A DNA stretch of 64,000 bases from Candidatus Woesearchaeota archaeon (lineage in GTDB: Archaea > Nanobdellota > Nanobdellia > Woesearchaeales > JAGVZT01). Positions within the stretch are counted from its first letter, which is position 1. Each line of letters starts with the position of its first letter. The stretch spans positions 35,724 to 99,723 of the forward strand of contig JBDRLT010000040.1 in assembly GCA_043812815.1 (NCBI GenBank), in the 5' to 3' direction. Under the pieces are notes generated by a model. The model was not told the origin of the DNA, did no database searches, and worked only from the letters and a program-made list of their open reading frames with translations. The translations under genes and the position numbers were made by a program. Below, in pieces: positions 10,701 through 17,704 of this stretch.

Positions 10701-11355
10701 GGGCATTGCTCATGCCCTGATTGTTTCTGTCAAGCATATTGAATTCAACATCATTAATAGGGTTGCCATCAGAATTGGTAATTCTTGTGCCGGCAGGGAT
10801 ATTGACCTCAGCATCAGCATCAGGCGTCCTTATTGTTTCTTCTTGGGTTGTACGGCCATTAGAATCTAGAGGCAGATTGGTGGCAGTTGAGGTTTTGATA
10901 TAATTGTTAAACTGGTTAAGTGCCTTAATCTCATCTCCTTTTTTCAGGCTAACTTTATAATCAAGATCAACAATAACTGCTGTTGGTTCGATTTTGACAT
11001 GAGGAATAGCAGTGCCTGCGGTTACTTGGAAACCTTGGTTTTCAAACTCCTGGAAGTTAATGCATTCAGGTAAGGTACTAGAAATATATGTTTCAAAGGT
11101 TAAGGGCAGGTTAGGATCCTCATAGCTTACTCCAAAGAGATCGATGGCCTCATAGGTTTTGGCATCCAGGCAGGTTGTGACATACTCCTTAAGTGCTGTG
11201 TTGGCTGATGCCAGTGTAATTTCTTTTTCAAATTTTGGCTGGAAGCTTTCTGCTGCCTTTTGTCTTGCCATGTAGCTGAATCCCCAGAATGCAGCAATTA
11301 TCACAAAGGCAATTATCAAGAACGGAACAATCTGGGCTTTTTTCAAGTTATTCAT
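7750..11355 (-). CDS. Giant secreted/surface protein with Cys-rich C-terminal region (adhesin-like)
   Basis: 1201 aa. N-terminal 'KKAQIVPFLIIAFVIIAAF' signal/anchor. The C-terminal ~450 aa is extremely Cys-rich (CxxC / CGxxC spacing), typical of extracellular disulfide-rich modules. Confidence 0.7.
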   Translation of the reverse strand: MNNLKKAQIVPFLIIAFVIIAAFWGFSYMARQKAAESFQPKFEKEITLASANTALKEYVTTCLDAKTYEAIDLFGVSYEDPNLPLTFETYISSTLPECINFQEFENQGFQVTAGTAIPHVKIEPTAVIVDLDYKVSLKKGDEIKALNQFNNYIKTSTATNLPLDSNGRTTQEETIRTPDADAEVNIPAGTRITNSDGNPINDVEFNMLDRNNQGMSNAPIIGTIIYDGKPDGATFDPPITIKVRYDENDVPPPLAENEPYLVLAYFDESAGFWKSIPTTVDTENNILTGTISHFTKVATGVRTVKKDDESVEEYSFTELVFVQSCGTLKTCQEMPKDNWEVSEPGLFETAFILEDSRLYDWHVRPVEVGGNTYETAGDITPNPSLITGSIPNSECGTNGKPIDYLKFDQLKDSSQVACEDYQYNPLIDNTNPTEGRISACSSVNLDELYEKCIEKVKSELGLTNEQYEDLQTNGWINDQIMDHDEQGNEIKGCRVTVTAEKDAAGGINPSNFDFHVEIAPHATYGYPSGPKGAGGWGMLKFTVAGDNGLVITDAEGNADVSVSVDCGEDTCGSCGGDEPACDGTRGIVFNPSEVEKQSMATWSTKSLWENVDGFNEITEGKIKSGENELWVYVENKENDGKFDGCAYAKVTMKIKGSGIFFNQKAANSEICKSEEGSGIKVQHRINYLCGCDGDCTDDGERDGKELSALIDLIIKKGPEVRQMDLCHPLVTSSIGFISLEGGVCNSEDLTRGKIICPKNTLLTKADQTKWGEGLAGCICGKDEYDGNKGKFCCEDGIKDGPCDEVSTIKCCKSERASRVTTGSCRDKEEPYGLSECPELYDTDRYGCCIVSSVCTDNIRSSKCIMENPEYFSDVPCNTLAACIQSQDSIGCCVTTSGQEVSCAQETQSDCISMDQKHYLYTPCNKFNICKTQMASGHIPGRPCDAGDSNKIWNHQGECVESDICGNGYLDSGEVCDTNLWDDKDPVVLEECKMDSEDPSRTEGFSCYRLCDGPISKVYYRCKECSQYSVEEKSGDMFVDQCNKFCSSEVDPLCNKHYVGDSCVEGLNCNRDCKCRPENTASILGCIDEGEEFTDTDACCSGLNKHMSGYCTKCPSNYRYMIFDGKILCYAPGCPDNPYCDQKDNRFIYECNEVTRGSVTYVEPTKRFCGCWSLLGSLLFELICENGICKKHILSCAADGLG

Positions 11356-11448
11356 TTTTTTATTAGTAAATTTACAAATTTTTGTGCTCTTTATATATTT
11401 TATGTAATTCAGAAAGATTTTTATATTAGCCTTGAATGAGTACAGTGT

Positions 11449-12009
11449 ATGAATTTGAATGATTTCGGCAAATTTTTCAATTATGCTTTAGGGATTGTGA
11501 GGTTGGATACAACTTCGATCAAACATGTTGTGAAGCATAAAGATGCAACCAGCTGGGCGGTTGTTTTTGTGGTTTTGGCAGGCTTGGCCTCTGCTTTGTT
11601 CAATGATTTCGGTGGAGTATTGGATTTTGTTGTTGGGTTTTTGCTTTGGTCGTTTTTCAGCGTGGGCGTAGTGTGGGTTTTGGCAAAGGTTTTTGGCGGG
11701 AAGGCGAGTTATGTTGAGCAGTATCGCGCTCAGGGTTTGGTCTATGCGATGTATTGGGTGGCTGCGCTGCCTTTTGTCGGTTCAGTTCTTACAGGAATTG
11801 CCCAGCTTTGGAGTCTGGTTGTTGCGGTTGTTGTTGTGAGGACTGTTCATAAGATTACTAGCTTGAAAGCGTTTCTGGCTGTTTTCATCCCTGTGCTGAT
11901 TGCGGTTGTGCTGTTTGCAGTGTTTATTACAGCTGCTGTGTCTTGGCTGATTGCCAACGGAGGATTACCACCAGAAATGATTGCTGAGCTCCAGAGTTTT
12001 ATGCCTTGA
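11449..12009 (+). CDS. Yip1-family integral membrane protein
   Basis: 186 aa with a hydrophilic N-terminus followed by 4-5 TM helices. Resembles Yip1/DUF1282 membrane proteins. Confidence 0.55.
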   Translation: MNLNDFGKFFNYALGIVRLDTTSIKHVVKHKDATSWAVVFVVLAGLASALFNDFGGVLDFVVGFLLWSFFSVGVVWVLAKVFGGKASYVEQYRAQGLVYAMYWVAALPFVGSVLTGIAQLWSLVVAVVVVRTVHKITSLKAFLAVFIPVLIAVVLFAVFITAAVSWLIANGGLPPEMIAELQSFMP

Positions 12010-12658
12010 AGTCTACCTGACCGTCAAGGTACACTCCCTGGTAGAGCTTCACCGGCCGCCAGCTGTCAATCACAGTTTCAGCCTTGAGCCATTGGGCCAA
12101 CTGTTCTGGGTTTCCAATGGTTGCGCTAAGGCATATGAATTGGGCGTTCAAGATTTCCTTGAGAATTGTCAGGAGGATTTCCAGGGTTGGGCCTCTGCTT
12201 GGATCATTCAGGAGATGTATTTCATCAACCACCACCACTTTGATGAGTTTCAGCCAGGGTGAGTGATGCCTTGTCAGACTGTCTAGCTTTTCGCTTGTGG
12301 TTATTATCAGATCATACTCCATAAGGTAGGTGTCTGCAGAGTCAATGTCTCCAATGGTGAGCGCAATTTTGATCAGGTGGCCATAGCGTTTGCTGAAGTC
12401 TTTGAATTTTTCATGCGCCAATGCTTTGAGCGGCACAATATAGACTGCTTTGCCGCCTTCCAGGATGGATTTAAGCATTGCTAGTTCTGCGATGAGGGTT
12501 TTACCAGAAGCTGTAGGGGTGCAAACCAAAAGGTTTTTGCCTTCTAATAGCCCTTGATTTATTGCCTTTTCCTGCGCAGGCCTGAGTGCTGAGATTTGAC
12601 TGGAAAGAACCTGTGCAAGCGGGGCTGGAATTTTGTCTTCAATATCTTTGAGATTCAT
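11999..12658 (-). CDS. Ski2/Hel308-like DEAD/DEAH helicase N-terminal RecA domain only (truncated; possible pseudogene remnant or stand-alone domain)
   Basis: Walker A 'TPTASGKT', motif II 'VVVDEIHLL' and motif III 'SAT' are present. The ORF stops after ~219 aa exactly where helicase domain 2 should begin, and its 3' end overlaps the convergent Yip1 gene. Confidence 0.6.
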   Translation of the reverse strand: MNLKDIEDKIPAPLAQVLSSQISALRPAQEKAINQGLLEGKNLLVCTPTASGKTLIAELAMLKSILEGGKAVYIVPLKALAHEKFKDFSKRYGHLIKIALTIGDIDSADTYLMEYDLIITTSEKLDSLTRHHSPWLKLIKVVVVDEIHLLNDPSRGPTLEILLTILKEILNAQFICLSATIGNPEQLAQWLKAETVIDSWRPVKLYQGVYLDGQVDFKA

Positions 12659-12681
12659 AAAGTCTAATAAGAATCTGCACT

Positions 12682-13035
12682 TTAAAATTCTTGTGCCAAT
12701 TTTCTCAATTTGGGATTTGCTTCAACGTAGGCTAACCAGTCAGTTACATCATTGAACTCCACACAGGTGCTTTTGTCATATTTCTCACAGTTTTTGAGAG
12801 AGTACTGTCTGCAGATTAGGGGCCTCTGGGCATAGATGGCGCATTTGCCATTTGTGAGTGCAATGCATCTGCTGTTTATCTGGGCATTGAAGGTGTGGTC
12901 TTTGTCAATGTATATCACAATTCTGTGCAGAAGCATCCAGGTTATCTCTTCAATATCCAGCTTGCTTTTTGGAGTTGGCAGCTCAATTACTGCGTATTCA
13001 CAGCACTTGACGCAACCTTGGCATGATTTAGTCAT
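12682..13035 (-). CDS. YkgJ/UPF0153-family putative Fe-S/Zn-binding protein (CxxCxxCC)
   Basis: N-terminal 'CQGCVKCCE' CxxCxxCC signature plus additional conserved Cys ('CIALTNGKCAIY', 'ICRQY'). Confidence 0.6.
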   Translation of the reverse strand: MTKSCQGCVKCCEYAVIELPTPKSKLDIEEITWMLLHRIVIYIDKDHTFNAQINSRCIALTNGKCAIYAQRPLICRQYSLKNCEKYDKSTCVEFNDVTDWLAYVEANPKLRKLAQEF

Positions 13036-13323
13036 CCTGGCCTGTGGTGATTAGGTTGCATTTATGGTTTTCGGTATGCTCGAGTATTTATGAAGCATTG
13101 TTCAACACTGAACTCAGTGTCGATGATAATGTCTTCAAATGGCTTCACTTTTTCATGGCTTTCCTTAATTTGCGCTGGGTTGCCGCTTTTGGCGCTTCTT
13201 TTGCTATCGCGAGCAATGGCAGGGCTGTGATACTTTAGCTGTAGAGCATGGCATTGGCACCATGCTTGAGGGGGCATATGCTGGCAGGGTTGCACCCAAA
13301 TATTTTTGCGGGATTGCCTAGTT

Positions 13324-14295
13324 CTAGGCTAAATTCTTGATGAGTTTCCAGTTGTGGGGGTTGATGATATGATGTATATAGAAAGGTATGGATCTGAATC
13401 CATAGAAAAACATTGAGCCTTCCCTGTTGCACTGGAGAGGGCAGTCATAGCAAGTAATGTTTTTCAGTCTTTTTACTTGCCCAGTGATTTTTCCCAGTTT
13501 GGTTTCTTTGACCATGCAATCATACACTTCAAGATGGTTGTCTATGTAGAATAGGTTTTGGCCTGCTTTGCATGGGAGAGTCTGCTTCTGTTTGGCGTAG
13601 AAATTCTTCATTTCTTTGAGGAATTCCATATTGTGGGTGACTTTGTTGCCATGCTTCTTTTTTAATTCAATTATTGTGTTGACTGCTTGTATCATTTGGG
13701 CATCTGTAAAATCAATAGAATCATTGTCATTATTGCCGAGCTTGAAGGTACCATGCAGGCTTACTGGCAGACTAAAATAGATACAGTCAAATCCCATGTC
13801 AATAGCAAATTGGGCTGTTTTTTCAAGTTCATTGAAGTTGTGTTTGGCAAGGGTGATTCCAGCATAGGTGGTTATGTTGGTGGATTTGAGGATTGAGAGG
13901 TTATGCCTAAGTTTTTGCAGCAATTTTGGGAGTTTACGGTTTGCATAAACTACTGCTTCATCGTAATGGTCTACAGAAAAGCCAATCAAGTCGAGCTTTG
14001 CCTTGGCCAATTTCTTGATTTTGGCTTCATTTAGGAGGTAGCCATTTGTCATGAGTTGCACAACCATTCCCTGGGCTTTTGCTGCTGTGATGAATTCAAT
14101 AATTTGCGGATATGTTAAAGGCTCACCGCCCGTGATGTGCAGATACCCGCAGTCGAGCTTGGTGCGAATGGCTTTGGCCAATTGTTTTGGGTCAGACAGT
14201 GGATAGGTAGGTTTTTTGGTTTTCCAGAATGAGCAGGTTTTGCATCTTGCATTGCAAAAGTCTGTTACGCTGAAGAACACAATATTTGTTTTCAT
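13324..14295 (-). CDS. Radical SAM enzyme with C-terminal SPASM/twitch-like Cys cluster
   Basis: 'CNARCKTCSFW' CxxxCxxC motif and 'ITGGEPL' SAM-binding motif. C-terminal 'C...C(x)n CYDCPLQC' auxiliary cluster. Confidence 0.75.
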   Translation of the reverse strand: MKTNIVFFSVTDFCNARCKTCSFWKTKKPTYPLSDPKQLAKAIRTKLDCGYLHITGGEPLTYPQIIEFITAAKAQGMVVQLMTNGYLLNEAKIKKLAKAKLDLIGFSVDHYDEAVVYANRKLPKLLQKLRHNLSILKSTNITTYAGITLAKHNFNELEKTAQFAIDMGFDCIYFSLPVSLHGTFKLGNNDNDSIDFTDAQMIQAVNTIIELKKKHGNKVTHNMEFLKEMKNFYAKQKQTLPCKAGQNLFYIDNHLEVYDCMVKETKLGKITGQVKRLKNITCYDCPLQCNREGSMFFYGFRSIPFYIHHIINPHNWKLIKNLA

Positions 14296-14485
14296 GCCAA
14301 AATGTTAAGCAAGAATTCTTTAAATGCTTTCTGTTGGCTCGGATTTCTAAAGTAGCCGCTGCTGGGTATTGGGACAGAGGCTCGTGATAATGATTTTTGC
14401 ATAAATCAGATACATACCTCTTTATTATATACCTCTTAACGAAACCTTTATATAGTTTATACTACTTTCAAATAGTATAAGGGGG

Positions 14486-15496
14486 ATGGTTAAGATAGGA
14501 GAGCTTAAGAAATTAGACAAGTCTTTGAAGCGTTCTTTTGGTAATGTTAGGGTTGATATTCTGAACATAAAGGATTATCTGGAGAAGCAGCATGACTCAA
14601 TCAACAAGGAGTTGGCTGAACTTCAGTCCCAGGTTTTTGATGTTAAGAGAGAGGTCCATGACAAAACAAAAAGTATTGCTGAGCAGTTTGTGCGCAGCGA
14701 GGATTTTGACAAGGAGCTGAGCCAGCCAAAGCGGACATTAAATCAGCTAAAGGATGACCTGGCAGAGGTTGAAGCCAGAATTGAAAGGCTGAATAGGAGT
14801 ATTATTGACCAGGAGCGGGTGACCTCTAAGGGACTGGAGAAGCTTGCAGAGAGTAACAAAAGGGATTTGGAGCGGCTTAAAGCAGAGTTAGACGGAGCAG
14901 CAAGTAATTACAATGACTATGTAAAAAGAGCAAAGGCTGAGGCGCAGCAGGCGAAAGTGCTTGACTCCAAGCTAAAAAAATTGGATAGATCGATTGAGGA
15001 AGTGGAGGCTCTGAAGAGAGAGCTGAGGAAGGCTGTTAGCAAAAAGGATGTTAGGGCTTTAGAGAAGCATCTGGGAAAGGAGCCTTTGCCTAGCAGGGTG
15101 TGGCACAATCTCACTAATTTTTTCGAGGAAGAGCCTAAAAAAACCGAGCGGGTTAATTGGTGGCCTTTCTTTTTTGTGGTGCTGTTGATATTGATTTTCC
15201 TCACTTTTATTTATTATTCACCTTTTTTAGTTGACAAGTATGGTTATTTGCTTGGTGGGGGGGGAGAACAGCCAAAGGGCTTGGTAATAGAGGTTAAGGA
15301 GGGCGATCTTGTGGATATTGCACCGAATGTTACAGATCCTGATGGCCAGAATTTAAGTTTCAGATTTAGTAGACCATTGGATGCGGCAGGCAGGTGGCAG
15401 ACTTCTAAAGGAGATGCTGGTTCATATCCAATAACAGTCGTGGTATCAGACGGAGAAACAGAGACTGCCCTGAATTTCACGCTTGTGGTTAATTGA
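14486..15496 (+). CDS. Coiled-coil membrane protein with C-terminal cadherin-like/Ig-like extracellular domain
   Basis: N-terminal ~230 aa is heptad-rich and charged. Single TM ('WWPFFFVVLLILIFLTFIYY'). C-terminal 'VTDPDGQNLSFRF...YPITVVVSDG' cadherin-like motif. Shine-Dalgarno-like 'AAGGGGGA' precedes the ATG. Confidence 0.5.
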   Translation: MVKIGELKKLDKSLKRSFGNVRVDILNIKDYLEKQHDSINKELAELQSQVFDVKREVHDKTKSIAEQFVRSEDFDKELSQPKRTLNQLKDDLAEVEARIERLNRSIIDQERVTSKGLEKLAESNKRDLERLKAELDGAASNYNDYVKRAKAEAQQAKVLDSKLKKLDRSIEEVEALKRELRKAVSKKDVRALEKHLGKEPLPSRVWHNLTNFFEEEPKKTERVNWWPFFFVVLLILIFLTFIYYSPFLVDKYGYLLGGGGEQPKGLVIEVKEGDLVDIAPNVTDPDGQNLSFRFSRPLDAAGRWQTSKGDAGSYPITVVVSDGETETALNFTLVVN

Positions 15497-16712
15497 TGGT
15501 TATGTCAATGTCTAGACTCTCTTTAATTTTCTGGCCTAGATAGGTTTTGATTTTGCTGAGCTGTTCTGTATGCTCTTCTAGGGTTATTTTTGAGATGGTT
15601 TTTTTGATGCGTTCTTTACGCTGCTGGAGGTATTCAAATTTGTATTCGAGCTCTTTGAGGCGCAGGTAGCTGCTGTCTCTCCGCATTCTCTTCTGGAGTT
15701 GGTCTTTTTGGAGCATTAAGGTGCTGTATTGCTGTTGGAGCTGGGCTAGGCTTGCTGCCAGCTCGTCGATTTTGGAGATGGTTTTCTCGATCCGCCCCTC
15801 TTTCAGTTCCAGCTGCGCTATTGTAAGTTTGATTTCTGCCAGCTGCTTGGTAATCTCAAGAGAGTTGTCATTGCTTAGAGCCTGCAAAGGATCCTGGATG
15901 TAGGCAGATAATATCTCTGCAGGTTTTATCTTGTTGAATTTTCTGATGGGTTTGTCAATGAAATCATAACTGGCGAGGAAGGCTGTCTCGAATTTCTTAA
16001 TGGCATCCTTGACTACCTCTTCCTTTGCTTTGAGGTCAAGCCACTCTTTGTATGCCTGGCTGGCCTTGATGGTTGCTATCTGCTGCTTAACCTCTTCAAG
16101 CTGGCCCTGTATTGGATCTACTTCTGATTTCATCTGGGTTTTGTCATCCTCTTTTGAGAGTGCTTTGGTCTGGATTCTGTCCACTTGCTTGAGGGCTTTG
16201 TCTACCAAACTGAGCAGCTCATACTCTTTTGAGGCTAGCAGCTCCTCAATACTGCCGATTTGGCTATCAATCTCTTTGAGAGCCTTGGCTACTTTCCCGA
16301 CCTCGTTGCCGAAGAATTGCTGAATCACATAGAAAGATTTGGCTGTTGCAGTGGAGAGTTCCTGAATCCTCTTTTTGGTCTCTGTGGCAAATTGATCGGC
16401 GGATTGCAGTGTTTTCTCTTCTGGGATGGTTATTGAGTTGAGAAAGTCATCCATTCTTTTGATATAATGAATCATATTACCTGCAAGCACCTGCTCTGCT
16501 TTTTGAGGGATTTCATTCATGAGCTTGGCTGACTCAAGGGTTCTGAGGGCTTTGGCTGCGTTGGCTTTTGATTGCTCAATTTTTTCATAGCTTGTCGTAA
16601 TAATGTTTTGAAATCTGTCTAGCCTGGGAGAGAGTTGCTTGTTTAGCCAGGCTGGCAGCTGCGGGAGAGCTAGCTCCACTGGCTTTTTTCTGAATTTGTC
16701 AAATAGACTCAA
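15489..16712 (-). CDS. Long coiled-coil protein of unknown function
   Basis: 407-aa continuous alpha-helical/coiled-coil composition (E/K/Q/L-rich). Its 3' end overlaps the convergent gene by 8 nt. Confidence 0.5.
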   Translation of the reverse strand: MSLFDKFRKKPVELALPQLPAWLNKQLSPRLDRFQNIITTSYEKIEQSKANAAKALRTLESAKLMNEIPQKAEQVLAGNMIHYIKRMDDFLNSITIPEEKTLQSADQFATETKKRIQELSTATAKSFYVIQQFFGNEVGKVAKALKEIDSQIGSIEELLASKEYELLSLVDKALKQVDRIQTKALSKEDDKTQMKSEVDPIQGQLEEVKQQIATIKASQAYKEWLDLKAKEEVVKDAIKKFETAFLASYDFIDKPIRKFNKIKPAEILSAYIQDPLQALSNDNSLEITKQLAEIKLTIAQLELKEGRIEKTISKIDELAASLAQLQQQYSTLMLQKDQLQKRMRRDSSYLRLKELEYKFEYLQQRKERIKKTISKITLEEHTEQLSKIKTYLGQKIKESLDIDITIN

Positions 16713-16908
16713 TTTGCACCACTTTTTGCTTTGATTTATGACCTTTCAAGATAGTTACTTTTTTCTTGAAGTGTTTGGAGAGGAGTTTGACTAGCTCTTT
16801 ATTTGCTTTTCCCTTGGCAGCAGGGGATTTGACTTCCACTTTGATGATGTCACCCGCGATAACCATAGAGTGTTTTGCCGAAGGTTTAACCTTTACTGTT
16901 TTTAACAT
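16699..16908 (-). CDS. DUF167 (YggU/UPF0235) family small protein
   Basis: 69 aa. 'VKVKPSAKHSMVIAG...IKVEVKSPAAKGKANKELVKLLSKHF' matches the DUF167 pattern (V.V.P.A...L.V.V.A.P..GKAN..L...L...). Confidence 0.6.
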   Translation of the reverse strand: MLKTVKVKPSAKHSMVIAGDIIKVEVKSPAAKGKANKELVKLLSKHFKKKVTILKGHKSKQKVVQIESI

Positions 16909-16977
16909 GTTGTTTTGATGGGGGTAGTTGTATAAATATTTTTTTACATAAAGTTTTTATAGTGCCTCGCCTATGGT

Positions 16978-17580
16978 TTGCTGGGGATGGAAGTATATCA
17001 ACAAACAACTGAGTTTACTGGAGCAGCAGCGGCGCTGATGATGGTAATTAGTAAGTATGATAGCTCATTTGAGTTGAGCAAGGCTGCTGAGTTCAGGATC
17101 TGGCTTGAGTCTGTTAATTTGCCAACAAGGGCTTGTTCGATTTTCGGGTTGGCAGCTTATGCCAAATGCCATGGGTTGAAAGTTTTGCCAGTTGTTGGCA
17201 AGCTCGAGTATGATTACCCAGATTATAGGTTTAAGGGTTATAAAAAGGATGAGATTGAGGCTGCCAAATTCACCTCTAATTTATGGTTGGTCAAGGCACA
17301 AGAGCAGGGGGTTAAGATTGAGGTGAGAGATTTTGGGCTCGGTGAGGTTAGACAATTGCTGGCTGCAGGGAAGATTATCATGCTGAGGCTTGACACGGGG
17401 GTGTTTAGAGAGATCAGGCCATCCTCCAACTTTGTGGTCGTTGAGAGTTATAATAAGAAATATTGTGTTTATGATCCTTACTTGGGTAAATTGGAGATTG
17501 GCGAGGAGGAAATGCAGAGTTCTTTTGATGATTTGGTTACCAAGCGGAAGAGGGATCATAGGATGCTGGTGTTTGGGTAG
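16978..17580 (+). CDS. Papain-fold C39-like domain protein (catalytic Cys apparently absent)
   Basis: N-terminal 'QQTTEFTGAAAALMMVISKY' resembles the Q...CG.A.LAMvL motif of C39-like peptidases but lacks the Cys. Weak call. Confidence 0.3.
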   Translation: MLGMEVYQQTTEFTGAAAALMMVISKYDSSFELSKAAEFRIWLESVNLPTRACSIFGLAAYAKCHGLKVLPVVGKLEYDYPDYRFKGYKKDEIEAAKFTSNLWLVKAQEQGVKIEVRDFGLGEVRQLLAAGKIIMLRLDTGVFREIRPSSNFVVVESYNKKYCVYDPYLGKLEIGEEEMQSSFDDLVTKRKRDHRMLVFG

Positions 17581-17704
17581 GGTGTTGTTTTGTGCGAGGC
17601 AACTGGCCTGATGGAACTGACTGTGTTCCCTTACGAAGTTTGGGGTTGCAGTCAGTGGAATAGGACTCGCAAAGCGAGGCCGTCAGTGCCAGTGTTGCCG
17701 AGAA

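Noticed and set aside
13062-13295. 77-aa Cys/His-rich minus-strand ORF as a RiPP precursor for the adjacent radical SAM/SPASM enzyme
   Set aside because: It is attractive by position, but its codon usage (many C-ending codons) is atypical for this genome and the Cys are N-terminal rather than in a C-terminal core. An overlapping plus-strand 64-aa ORF has more native-looking codons. The idea is kept only as a speculative note in the findings.
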